Assembly (NCBI GenBank): GCA_964397195.1
Contig: CAYNGY010000002.1
Location: 116,012-180,011 of the forward strand
Reading direction: 5' to 3'
Origin: an uncultured Gammaproteobacteria bacterium
GTDB lineage: Bacteria; Patescibacteriota; Patescibacteriia; SBBC01; CAIJZX01
DNA length: 64,000 nt
The notes under the pieces were generated by a model. That model was not told where the DNA came from. It did no database searches and worked only from the letters and a program-made list of their open reading frames with translations. Numbering within the stretch: position 1 is the first letter of the stretch; every line of letters begins with the position of its first letter. Position numbers and translations under genes: made by a program. Below are positions 8,177 through 16,876 of the stretch, one piece after another.

Positions 8177-10204
8177 ATGATGAGTATTATCGCCTTTCTT
8201 GGGGTAGCTCTGGCGAGCGGCCTGTTTTGGCGTCGCCCGGCCTGGCGTCGACAATTGCTGGCCGGTGGAGCGTTGTATCTGCCGCTTTTTGCGCTGAGTG
8301 TCGCGATGGCCGGCGGTTTTTGGAAGTTTGGCGTCTCGACTGGGGATGCCGTCGTGACGGTGATCGGTATTTTTTTCGCCGGCGTATCACTAAGCGCCTT
8401 GATGGCGGTTGGGTATGAGCGAACCGTGAATCGCTGGTTAACACCGAACCTGCACGTGTCGCGTCGGCAGTTATGGTGGCTCGGCTTGGGACCGATCGTC
8501 GCGCTGGGGATGGTGCTGGGCGGGCTGGCCTTTATTCCGGCGGCGATGGTTGGTTTGTTTGTGAATGCTGTCGTCTTGGTTTGGGTCGGACGGTTTCATC
8601 TGCTCTGGGATGCGGTCATCAGCGCGGTTGGTGTCAGCGCGTGGTATGGACTGCTCTGGTTTATATTGGCGCCCGAAGCCTCGGGCGATGTCGGGCGTTT
8701 TGCGCTCGGTGGTGATGCGCTTGGCGTAACCCTGTGGTCGCGACCGATTGAGTTTGGTGTGGCTGCCATGTTATCGGGTGCCTTGGTTGGTCCGCTTTTT
8801 TCGGCGGCGAAGCCGTGGCGCTGGTGGCAGAAGCGTCCGACGAAATCGGCGACGACCGCGAAAATCGCGATCGGCACAACCGCAATTGTGATGCTAGCAC
8901 TGTGGTTCGGCGCTGTGACGGAGCGATATGTACTAGCCCCGGTCGTGATAGATGTTCAACCCTCGACGGCGGCCACGGCGATTCAGACCACGATGAAAAT
9001 TCGTTTACAGTTTTCTCGACCGATTAATCGCGATTCGCTGACCATGACCATCGACCCTGATGTGGCCGGATCATGGCATTTTTCTATCCCGCAAGATCGT
9101 CTCCATGGCTACCATGCGGCGACGTACGTCTTTGATACGACGCTTGAGCCCGGGACGACCTATGTCGCGACTATTAGCGGGATTCAGTCCGTCTGGGGGA
9201 CGGCGACGAATAATGAGCGTATTACCTTTACGACACGCGCGACTCCCGAAGTAACAGAGGTCCAATACCCGGCAGGAGCATCAACGCTCGATCCATGTGC
9301 GGCGATCACGATTCCGTTTGCGTCGATCGACGACCCGTCAGCGCAGTACGATGCGAAGTTTGAACCGGCCATGCCGTACACCATTGAACGATCGGTTACG
9401 AACGAAGGCCTGATCATTCGTCCCCAAGGTTGTTTTACCGGCGCGGCGACGACGTTGACGATTTACCGCACGAGCGTCATTCGCGATAGTGTGACTGCTG
9501 AAATAATTGCTGAATCGGAGCGGATGGCTATCTACGAAACTCGAGTCTTGTTTACGATTCAACCGGTGACCGTGGCGCCGGTGCTGGGGGTCTCGACGGT
9601 CACGGCGGCCGCGTATACCGCTGTCGGGTCACGGACGATTTTACCGATCAAATTAGATTACCAAGATCAGGCGCTTTCATGCGAAGCGGCGGCGTTAAAG
9701 ATGGCGCTAGCCGGCGTGGGCGTTTTTGTCAGCGAGAAGCAGATTATGGCCAAGGTCGGCTATGATCCAACCCCGCACAAGGGGAGTGTCTGGGGCGATC
9801 CTGATCGCGGATTTGTTGGCAACATTGCCGGCCGACAGAACACGACCGGGTATGGGGTGCACTGGAAACCAATTGCCCGCGCGGCGTCGGCCTGGCGGAC
9901 CGCTCGAACTATTACGAACTTTTCCGCGGCCAAAGTGGCCGCGGAAATCAAAGCCGGCCACCCGGTGATTGTCTGGGGGTTGATGGGAAATGCTCGGCGG
10001 ACACCGTGGCAGACGGCTGATGGCAGAGTCGTCTCGGCTTGGAAGGGTGAGCACGCCCGGACGGTGATCGGGTTTTACGGCCCGGTTGAGGCACCGACGC
10101 ATTTTGTTCTCAATGATCCGATTGCCGGTCGCCTCGTCTGGACGAAGCAGGCGTTTCTGACAAACTCTTCAGCCTTCGGCCGGAGCGGCGTGGTCGTGGA
10201 GTGA
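8177..10204 (+). CDS. polytopic membrane protein with Ig-like domain and C-terminal C39-like peptidase domain
   Basis: About 8 predicted TM helices. The C-terminus has SCEAAALKMALAGVG ... HPVIVWG ... HARTVIGFYG ... FVLNDP, C39-like Cys/His motifs. The start was moved to ATG 8177, after the stop at 8161-8163. Confidence 0.55.
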   Translation: MMSIIAFLGVALASGLFWRRPAWRRQLLAGGALYLPLFALSVAMAGGFWKFGVSTGDAVVTVIGIFFAGVSLSALMAVGYERTVNRWLTPNLHVSRRQLWWLGLGPIVALGMVLGGLAFIPAAMVGLFVNAVVLVWVGRFHLLWDAVISAVGVSAWYGLLWFILAPEASGDVGRFALGGDALGVTLWSRPIEFGVAAMLSGALVGPLFSAAKPWRWWQKRPTKSATTAKIAIGTTAIVMLALWFGAVTERYVLAPVVIDVQPSTAATAIQTTMKIRLQFSRPINRDSLTMTIDPDVAGSWHFSIPQDRLHGYHAATYVFDTTLEPGTTYVATISGIQSVWGTATNNERITFTTRATPEVTEVQYPAGASTLDPCAAITIPFASIDDPSAQYDAKFEPAMPYTIERSVTNEGLIIRPQGCFTGAATTLTIYRTSVIRDSVTAEIIAESERMAIYETRVLFTIQPVTVAPVLGVSTVTAAAYTAVGSRTILPIKLDYQDQALSCEAAALKMALAGVGVFVSEKQIMAKVGYDPTPHKGSVWGDPDRGFVGNIAGRQNTTGYGVHWKPIARAASAWRTARTITNFSAAKVAAEIKAGHPVIVWGLMGNARRTPWQTADGRVVSAWKGEHARTVIGFYGPVEAPTHFVLNDPIAGRLVWTKQAFLTNSSAFGRSGVVVE

Positions 10205-10222
10205 ATATGATATACTGAGGGC

Positions 10223-10342
10223 ATGACCACGGAGATTCAAACCCAATCGAAAAAGACGCTGACGACGTATCTGACGATTGCCATCGGACTGTCGGTCTTG
10301 GTGATCGGATTTTTCGTTTTTCTTTTTACCGGCGGGAAATAA
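10223..10342 (+). CDS. possible 39-aa single-TM small membrane peptide
   Basis: ATG 10223, reading MTTEIQTQSKKTLTTYLTIAIGLSVLVIGFFVFLFTGGK, stop at 10340. It lies directly after the C39 gene and is not in the ORF track (below 60 aa). Confidence 0.25.
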   Translation: MTTEIQTQSKKTLTTYLTIAIGLSVLVIGFFVFLFTGGK

Positions 10343-10378
10343 TGATAATAAAAAGACCGGGCTCAGTGTCGAGCCCGG
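10343..10378 (-). terminator. rho-independent terminator (hairpin CCGGGCTC/GAGCCCGG followed by a T-run on the minus strand)
   Basis: An 8-bp GC stem at 10357-10378 with a T-rich tract (RC of 10343-10354) downstream of the minus-strand gene 10404..10847. Confidence 0.5.
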
Positions 10379-10403
10379 GCGTTCGAGTTTCCGCTTCGCT
10401 TCG

Positions 10404-10847
10404 CTAGTGGGGAGCGGGTGGAGCACTCGGGGTGCGTTCGGAGACGTCGGGTGTCTCCGGATTCGTGGGGAGCGGGAGATGACTCGGGTGTTGGCCGATG
10501 CGGTGGAGGATCCCGACGAGGAGCGGGTGCATCTGACGTTTCCGGAGCTGTCGGTAGATCTCTTCGATCTCCTTGGCGGTGATCTTGGCCTGTTCGACGG
10601 TCGGGCGGCTGTGTCGATGGTGGACCCACCGGGTATGGTGGTAGTTGGTGATATGCCCGACGCCGAGCGGGACGTCGATGGCCTGGAAGAACTCGGTTAT
10701 GTGCAAGGCCAACGTGCCTTCGTCCGTCTTCGGTCCGTACGGTGTCCAGTGTGTCAGTGACTCGACCGGTGGGAGCAGGTGCAAGTACGCGCGGAGCGCG
10801 GTGGCGTCGAAGATGCGCAGTGGCGGTATCGGTGGTGACGTTGGCAT
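10404..10847 (-). CDS. hypothetical protein in a high-GC island
   Basis: 147 aa. The third codon position is about 80% G/C in this frame, and the gene is co-oriented with its neighbour. The overlapping ORFs 10363..10860(-) and 10407..10760(+) look like GC artefacts. Confidence 0.45.
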   Translation of the reverse strand: MPTSPPIPPLRIFDATALRAYLHLLPPVESLTHWTPYGPKTDEGTLALHITEFFQAIDVPLGVGHITNYHHTRWVHHRHSRPTVEQAKITAKEIEEIYRQLRKRQMHPLLVGILHRIGQHPSHLPLPTNPETPDVSERTPSAPPAPH

Positions 10848-10865
10848 ATCCGCCTCCCATGCCGC

Positions 10866-11480
10866 TTAGATCTCGGCCAGGACATCATCGTCCTCATCCT
10901 CATCGTCGTTCATGAAGATGGTCAGGCCCCGATCGAGCACGCGCCTCATCAGTGCCTTCCCGAGGATGAAGAGGACGATGAGGAGCATCAGGATGATGGC
11001 GATCGGATGGTACATCAGTCGGTTGAGGCCGACGTACCAGGGGTGACTGAGAATCCACTTCGCTCCGAGCACGATCGGCAGGTTGTGCGCCGTTCGTCCG
11101 ATACACTGGGCGAGGAAGAAGCGACGCGGCGAGTACCGCGTGCTGCCGGCCAGCGCACAGCTGACGTGATCGGGGAGGAGCGTGAAGTTCAGGGCGACCT
11201 GGAGTAGGAACATGTACCGCTTGAGATGGCTCACCAGCCAGCGGAACGTCCGGCTTCTGTTCGCCGTTCGTTCGAGCAGATCGGCGGTGCCATGCTGGTA
11301 CCCCTTGACCAGGTGTAGCATCCCGGCGGCGCCGATGACATTGGCGACGATCAGGACGATCCACCACGGGGTCGTGGCGGTCGCGGTGGCGGTGGCCGCA
11401 GCGCGGTAGATGAAGAAGGGGAACGGGATCGTTGGGGTGATCAGGTTGTACCAGACCATCATCCAAAATTCGCGGTCCAT
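10866..11480 (-). CDS. DedA/VTT-family membrane protein
   Basis: Multi-TM. LLPDHVSCALAGSTRYSPRRFFLAQCIGRTAHNLPIVLGAKW resembles the DedA motif (PGVRT..P..AG...M.Y.RF......G). The C-terminus is acidic. Confidence 0.45.
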   Translation of the reverse strand: MDREFWMMVWYNLITPTIPFPFFIYRAAATATATATTPWWIVLIVANVIGAAGMLHLVKGYQHGTADLLERTANRSRTFRWLVSHLKRYMFLLQVALNFTLLPDHVSCALAGSTRYSPRRFFLAQCIGRTAHNLPIVLGAKWILSHPWYVGLNRLMYHPIAIILMLLIVLFILGKALMRRVLDRGLTIFMNDDEDEDDDVLAEI

Positions 11481-11590
11481 GCGGTTCTCCCGGTTGATTG
11501 TCGAAGGGCGTATCCGGGGTGACCTTACCCCTGCCCGGAGGCGGTTGTCAATCCAAGGCGGTTCGACAATCGCGGATAGGCGTGATATCC

Positions 11591-11613
11591 TTAATGAGAG
11601 TAACTCTCATTAA
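11591..11613. promoter_or_regulatory. perfect 23-bp palindrome TTAATGAGAGT-A-ACTCTCATTAA, a candidate Fur-family (PerR/Zur-like) operator
   Basis: Inverted repeat 11+1+11, seen directly, ending 4 nt before the ATG of the Fur-family gene. A second 9-bp inverted repeat ATTGTCGAA/TTCGACAAT lies at 11505-11513 and 11566-11574. Confidence 0.6.
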
Positions 11614-11616
11614 GCT

Positions 11617-11997
11617 ATGATCTACCGACAGAGTCAGCATCGGCAGGCCATACTCCGCGTGGTGAAGTTTTCGGCGGAACCGATGACATCCGGCGAGATT
11701 CACCGTCGGCTCCCGCGAGTGCCTGAGGCGACCCTCTTCCGCAATCTAGAACGTCTCGTCGAGCGGGGAGAAATATTTTTGATCGACGGGATCCCTGGCA
11801 AACGCGGATATGTCGGTCACACCTGGCATGAGGCGGAGTTTACCTGTGTGCAGTGTGGCAAAAAACGCCATTTGAAACACCGATCGCTGCCGGGGTACGT
11901 TGACCGCAAAATGTTTGGGCATCAGGAAATTTTTACCACGCAACTGATGGCGCAGGGACGCTGTGGCACCTGTGCGAAGAAAGGGCCGCGACGATGA
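11617..11997 (+). CDS. perR: Fur-family transcriptional regulator (PerR-like)
   Basis: 126 aa. QAILRVV...ATLFRNLERLVERGEI is a winged-helix region, and HTWHEAEFTCVQCG...C..C are metal-binding motifs. The gene lies next to a peroxiredoxin and the suf operon, which suggests a peroxide-sensing role; that role is inference. Confidence 0.75.
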   Translation: MIYRQSQHRQAILRVVKFSAEPMTSGEIHRRLPRVPEATLFRNLERLVERGEIFLIDGIPGKRGYVGHTWHEAEFTCVQCGKKRHLKHRSLPGYVDRKMFGHQEIFTTQLMAQGRCGTCAKKGPRR

Positions 11998-12452
11998 AAA
12001 CGATGCTCGGCCAACCGGCGCCGGACTTTACTCTCAACGATCAGGAGGGGAATGTTGTGTCGTTGGCACATTTTCACGGTCAGCACCCGGTCCTCTTGGT
12101 TTTTTATCCCGGCGATGATACGCCCGGGTGTACCGTACAACTGTGTGCAATTCGGGACTCTTGGTCGGCGTTTCAGGCGTATCATGTGGCGGTCTACGGG
12201 ATTAATCCGGGAAATGCTGAGTCGCATACAACATTTTGGCGTCATCATGGCTTAAAAACGCCGCTGCTCGTTGATACCGATGCGGTCGTGACTCGGGCCT
12301 ACGGCGCGATGAAGAAGTTTTTTCGAACGGAGATTGTTAACCGGACGGTGGTGTTGATCGACCGGGACGGTATGATTCGCGCGTATTGGCGGGGGATGCC
12401 CTCGACCGAAACAATCCTCGCCGCGATTCGTGAGTTGCCTGCCCATGTCTGA
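11994..12452 (+). CDS. bcp: thiol peroxidase/peroxiredoxin, Bcp type (AhpC/TSA family)
   Basis: APDFTLNDQEGNVVSLAHFHGQHPVLLVFYPGDDTPGCT, with the peroxidatic Cys in the TPGCT motif. Confidence 0.85.
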   Translation: MKTMLGQPAPDFTLNDQEGNVVSLAHFHGQHPVLLVFYPGDDTPGCTVQLCAIRDSWSAFQAYHVAVYGINPGNAESHTTFWRHHGLKTPLLVDTDAVVTRAYGAMKKFFRTEIVNRTVVLIDRDGMIRAYWRGMPSTETILAAIRELPAHV

Positions 12453-13179
12453 GTTTCAGATTCGGGATCTAGCGGTACGGGTCGGCGAGAAGCCGATTCT
12501 GCGTGGAGTGACGCTTGATGTTCGCCCGGGGGAAGTCCATGCCCTGATGGGGCCGAATGGATCCGGGAAGTCGACGCTAGCGGCGACGCTGACGGGCCAT
12601 CCGGGCTATACCGTGACCGGCGGGTCGGCGGCAATTGATGGACACGACCTCTTGGCGATGACGCCCGATGCGCGTTCGCGGGCCGGAATTTTTTTGTCAT
12701 TTCAGTATCCCCTCGAGATTCCGGGATTACGATACGGACAGTTCTTGCATGCTGCGCTACAGGCTCATCGCGGGACGGACTGGTCGATGCAACAATCGTA
12801 TGCGCTGATTGCCGAGCGGCTAAAACTGCTCGGACTTGATGACGCGTTGCTCGAGCGGTCGTTGAATGAAGGATTCTCTGGTGGTGAGAAAAAACGAGCC
12901 GAGATGTTACAACTGGCGGTTCTCGAGCCGGACTGGTGCATTCTTGATGAGACGGATTCGGGATTAGATATCGATGCTCTCAAGATTGTGGCGAGCAGTA
13001 TTAATGCGTTGCGGTCATCCGATCGAGGCTGGCTGATCATTACCCATTATCGACGTTTACTCGATTTGGTACGGCCCGACCGAGTTTCCGTTATGACTGA
13101 TGGGAAAATTGTGCGAACCGGTGGTCCGGAATTAGTGGCTGATTTGGAACAACATGGATATGCGTCGGCGCGTGAATAA
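12445..13179 (+). CDS. sufC: Fe-S cluster assembly ATPase SufC
   Basis: Walker A GPNGSGKST, ABC signature FSGGEKKR, Walker B ILDETDSGLD. The start was moved to the ATG at 12445 (MSEFQIRDL). Confidence 0.9.
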   Translation: MSEFQIRDLAVRVGEKPILRGVTLDVRPGEVHALMGPNGSGKSTLAATLTGHPGYTVTGGSAAIDGHDLLAMTPDARSRAGIFLSFQYPLEIPGLRYGQFLHAALQAHRGTDWSMQQSYALIAERLKLLGLDDALLERSLNEGFSGGEKKRAEMLQLAVLEPDWCILDETDSGLDIDALKIVASSINALRSSDRGWLIITHYRRLLDLVRPDRVSVMTDGKIVRTGGPELVADLEQHGYASARE

Positions 13180-13269
13180 CTACCACCTCCTTTCGCCAGT
13201 TGGCGAAAGACCCTTCCTTGGCATCCCCGCGCGAGCGGGGAAAGGAGGGGATGTGCAGGAGCCGATCGC

Positions 13270-14676
13270 ATGAGCCTGCCTCTCCCAGCGGCGCTGGCAA
13301 CCGATCGGTATCAGTACGGGTTCGCCATGCCGGATTCGTCGATTCTGACCTCGGGACGAGGGTTAACCGACGCGACGATTAAGAATATTTCGGCGTGGAA
13401 GAAAGAACCGGCCTGGATGACTGAACAGCGACTGAAAGCCCACGCGGTGTTTTTGGCCAAGCCCATGCCGCCGTGGGGTGCGGATCTGTCCGGGTTACCG
13501 TTTGAGGATCTGACATATTATTTGCGTCCGGCGGAGGCGGTGGCGCGTTCGTGGGATGAGGTGCCGTCGGATATTCGATCGACGTACGATCGGATTGGTG
13601 TACCGGAAGCGGAAAAAAAGTATTTGGCGGGCGTCGGCGCACAGTATGATAGTGAGGTGATCTATCACTCCATCCAGGACATCTTAAAAAAACAGGGCGT
13701 CATATTTACCGATATGGATACGGCTCTGCGCGAGTATCCGGAGATTGTGCAGCAGTATTTTGGTACGCTTATCCCGGCAGCGGATAATAAATTTTCTGCA
13801 CTGAACTCCGCGGTTTGGTCCGGCGGGTCGTTTGTCTATGTGCCGGCCGGAGTCCATGTTGATTTGCCGCTCCAAGCTTATTTTCGGATCAACGCGCGCT
13901 CGATGGGACAGTTTGAACGGACACTGATTGTCGCCGAACCTGGAAGCTCCGTCCACTATGTAGAAGGGTGTACCGCGCCGATTTACTCAACGGCGTCGTT
14001 GCATGCGGCAGTGGTGGAAATATTTGTGAAGCCTGGCGCGAAGGTGCGGTATACGACCATTCAAAATTGGTCGAAGGATGTCTACAATTTAGTCACCAAG
14101 CGGGCGCAGGTGGGGGAAGAGGGTGTGATGGAATGGATTGACGGGAATTTGGGTTCGCGGGTGACCATGAAATATCCGAGCGTTTATCTAGTTGGACGGA
14201 AGGCGCATGGTGAAGTGCTGTCGTTGGCCATGGCCGGAGCGGATCAGCATCAGGACGCGGGCGGGAAGGCGATTCATGTCGCACCGGAAACATCGTCGAT
14301 CATTACCTCAAAATCGGTGTCTCGGAATGGCGGCCGAACGTCGTACCGCGGGCTCGTCCACATTGCCCCGACGGCCCATGACTCGAAATCGAGCGTCAAG
14401 TGTGATGCCCTGCTCATGGACGATCGATCACGATCGGATACGTACCCAACGATGAAAGTTCGGGCCAAGCGAGTCACCCTTGGTCATGAAGCCTCGGTCT
14501 CAAAAGTCGGGGAGGAGCAGTTGTTTTATATGCGTTCGCGCGGATTTGACGAAGCGGCGGCGACGGGGCTGATTGTTGGTGGATTTTTGGATCCGATCGT
14601 TCGAGAGCTTCCCTTTGAATATGCCGTTGAGTTAAATAAATTGATTTCATTAGAAATGGAAGGGAGTGTGGGATGA
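13270..14676 (+). CDS. sufB: Fe-S cluster assembly protein SufB
   Basis: 468 aa with the conserved SufB/D core (GxxVxxxxxEI..., HxAxxxxIHxA region). Confidence 0.85.
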   Translation: MSLPLPAALATDRYQYGFAMPDSSILTSGRGLTDATIKNISAWKKEPAWMTEQRLKAHAVFLAKPMPPWGADLSGLPFEDLTYYLRPAEAVARSWDEVPSDIRSTYDRIGVPEAEKKYLAGVGAQYDSEVIYHSIQDILKKQGVIFTDMDTALREYPEIVQQYFGTLIPAADNKFSALNSAVWSGGSFVYVPAGVHVDLPLQAYFRINARSMGQFERTLIVAEPGSSVHYVEGCTAPIYSTASLHAAVVEIFVKPGAKVRYTTIQNWSKDVYNLVTKRAQVGEEGVMEWIDGNLGSRVTMKYPSVYLVGRKAHGEVLSLAMAGADQHQDAGGKAIHVAPETSSIITSKSVSRNGGRTSYRGLVHIAPTAHDSKSSVKCDALLMDDRSRSDTYPTMKVRAKRVTLGHEASVSKVGEEQLFYMRSRGFDEAAATGLIVGGFLDPIVRELPFEYAVELNKLISLEMEGSVG

Positions 14677-15182
14677 CGAGACCCGGAGACAAAGACTGGT
14701 TACCCTACGATGAATATTTACGTCGGGCAGCGCGCAAGCGATGTTCGGCGGGGGCGATTTTTTTGAACGAGGCTGGGGAGATGTTGCTCGTTAAACCGGG
14801 GTACAAAGAGGGTTGGACTATCCCTGGCGGTGCCGTTGATACGCAGGAATCGCCTCGCAATGCTTGTGTCCGTGAAGTGGCCGAGGAACTGGGTCTAAAT
14901 ATCCCACTGCCGGAATTTATCGCGGTTATTCATGTGCCTCGACCGGAGAAAAATGACGAGGTGCTCCATTTTATGTTTTTTGGTGGCACGCTTTCATCTC
15001 AACAAATTCATGAGATAAAAATTCAGCCGAGTGAATTAGATGAATATCGATTCGTACCCATCGATGAAGTCGGCCAGTATGCGAATAAAAACTTCACACA
15101 GGTTGTTCCACAACTAATGCAAGCCATAGAAGGACACCGACCGGTATTCATCGACGAACCTGGGAGAACGCAAGCATCATGA
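14673..15182 (+). CDS. NUDIX hydrolase
   Basis: Nudix box GGAVDTQESPRNACVREVAEELGL (Gx5Ex7REVxEExG). Confidence 0.8.
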   Translation: MTRPGDKDWLPYDEYLRRAARKRCSAGAIFLNEAGEMLLVKPGYKEGWTIPGGAVDTQESPRNACVREVAEELGLNIPLPEFIAVIHVPRPEKNDEVLHFMFFGGTLSSQQIHEIKIQPSELDEYRFVPIDEVGQYANKNFTQVVPQLMQAIEGHRPVFIDEPGRTQAS

Positions 15183-15814
15183 GTAACGACGAACTTCGCC
15201 AAACCTACAATCGGATTGCGGATGACTGGCATGCCGATCATCTGAAAGACACGTGGTGGGCTGAGGGCACAGAAGCGTTTCTTACGTTCCTCAAAAAGGG
15301 CGACCACATTCTTGATCTTGGTTGTGCTGGCGGCGTGAAATCCAAGTTTTTGATCGACCATGGTTTTCGTGTGGTTGGATCTGACCTCTCAGAAGAGATG
15401 ATTCGGATTGCGAAAAGCTACGAGCCACGAGGTACGTTCATGCAGATGGATATACTACAAACTAGTTCACTGAAAGAACGGTTTGATGGGGTGTTTATTC
15501 AGGCCGTACTCCTTCATATCCCAAAGATCCAAATTCCTACAGCCGTACATCAGGCTGTGAGCGTTTTAAAACCGGGCGGAATATTCTACGTTGCGGTAAA
15601 AGAGCAGCGTGTGGGACAGCCGGCCGAGGAGATAAAAATGGAACATGATTATGGATATCCCTACCAACGTTTCTTTAGTTATTTTACGACCGGAGAAATT
15701 CGCGGACATATCGAGCAGTCCGGATGTCGCGTCCTGCGCGAGATTCGGACCGTTTCAGGCAAGACGGTATGGATTCAATTGATTGCCCAGAGAATGACGA
15801 CGCCGATTGTATGA
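15179..15814 (+). CDS. class I SAM-dependent methyltransferase
   Basis: Motif I ILDLGCAGG. Confidence 0.75.
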   Translation: MSNDELRQTYNRIADDWHADHLKDTWWAEGTEAFLTFLKKGDHILDLGCAGGVKSKFLIDHGFRVVGSDLSEEMIRIAKSYEPRGTFMQMDILQTSSLKERFDGVFIQAVLLHIPKIQIPTAVHQAVSVLKPGGIFYVAVKEQRVGQPAEEIKMEHDYGYPYQRFFSYFTTGEIRGHIEQSGCRVLREIRTVSGKTVWIQLIAQRMTTPIV

Positions 15815-16278
15815 ATATCCGAGCCGCCACTATAGCCGATCATCCCGCGCTCTATGCGCTCGGTTTGGCGACGCCTGAATTTCAGGTTGGGGCTGAGGGT
15901 CCGTTTATGGAGCCGGACGAGTTTTTGTCGGCCATCGAAAATCCTCATGGAACGTTTCTCTTAGCGGAGGATGGCCAGGTTATCCTTGGGTTTGTCTATG
16001 CCAGCCGACAAGATGTCGAGCGTGGTCCGCGAACATCCTGGGCGTGCCTTGTGTACCTAGTCGTCGAGTCAGCCCATCGGAAACGCGGAGTGGCGCGGAA
16101 ATTATATACGGCTTGCATTAACGACCTTCGCACGCACGGCGTGCGCTCCGTGTACGCGTGGGCAAACACCGAGAGTGACGGTAGTATTGTTTCCTTCTTG
16201 AAGAAGGAGGGGTATGCCGCTGGACATCGGTACGTTTGGATGGACAAAGATATTGGGATTCAACAAGATGCCTCCTAA
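15811..16278 (+). CDS. GNAT family N-acetyltransferase
   Basis: The ATG at 15811 overlaps the upstream stop (ATGA). Acetyl-CoA-binding motif HRKRGVARKLY. Confidence 0.7.
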   Translation: MNIRAATIADHPALYALGLATPEFQVGAEGPFMEPDEFLSAIENPHGTFLLAEDGQVILGFVYASRQDVERGPRTSWACLVYLVVESAHRKRGVARKLYTACINDLRTHGVRSVYAWANTESDGSIVSFLKKEGYAAGHRYVWMDKDIGIQQDAS

Positions 16279-16873
16279 TCATTTCAAGACCGTTAATGTG
16301 TCGCAGGATACCCAGATTCAGGACAATCTCCATGAATCGGATATTCGTTATACCGTCGCCGCCGGCGTTTGTTTCCAGCTCTGGCTCGACGCGCTGGGCG
16401 GACAATCTGAACCACGGGTGCGCGAGATCGTTTTAGCGGAGCCTGGGGCGCGGGCCGAGATTCGTGGCGTCTTCTCCGGGCGAGCAAAAGAGTCGTTACG
16501 TCTCCAGCTTGATACGATCCACCAAGCGCCGCATACCACTGCCGCGACCGATTTTCGGGCGGTACTGCGCGATGCGGCGGTGCTCGTGTTTCGTGGAATG
16601 ATCAAGATTGCACCCGGGGCGCAGGGGAGCCATGACTTTCTGCGGCAAGACTCGTTGATCTTGAGCGATGAAGCAAAGGCGGATTCTATTCCGGGGCTTG
16701 AAATTGAGGCCAATGATGTCAAAGCGTCCCATGGCGCGACCGCGAAACCCCTTGATCCAGAAATGATTCATTATGTGCAGAGTCGCGGAGTCCCCGCATC
16801 GGTCGCCGAAACGATGCTGATCGAATCATTTCTCCAACCTGTACGTTTCGCGAAAAGTATCGTAGGATCGTAA
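16268..16873 (+). CDS. sufD: short SufD-like protein (SufBD C-terminal core only)
   Basis: GLEIEANDVKASHGATAKPLDPEMIHYVQSRG is the conserved SufB/D C-terminal motif. At about 200 aa it is half the usual SufD length. The track start 16214 is an alternative. Confidence 0.6.
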   Translation: MPPNHFKTVNVSQDTQIQDNLHESDIRYTVAAGVCFQLWLDALGGQSEPRVREIVLAEPGARAEIRGVFSGRAKESLRLQLDTIHQAPHTTAATDFRAVLRDAAVLVFRGMIKIAPGAQGSHDFLRQDSLILSDEAKADSIPGLEIEANDVKASHGATAKPLDPEMIHYVQSRGVPASVAETMLIESFLQPVRFAKSIVGS

Positions 16874-16876
16874 TAT

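Noticed and set aside
10363-10860. Overlapping ORFs 10363..10860(-) and 10407..10760(+) in the high-GC island.
   Set aside because: The 10363(-) frame is Arg/Pro-rich nonsense. The plus frame has poorer third-position G/C bias than the 10404..10847(-) frame, and it is antisense to the local gene direction. I kept only 10404..10847(-).
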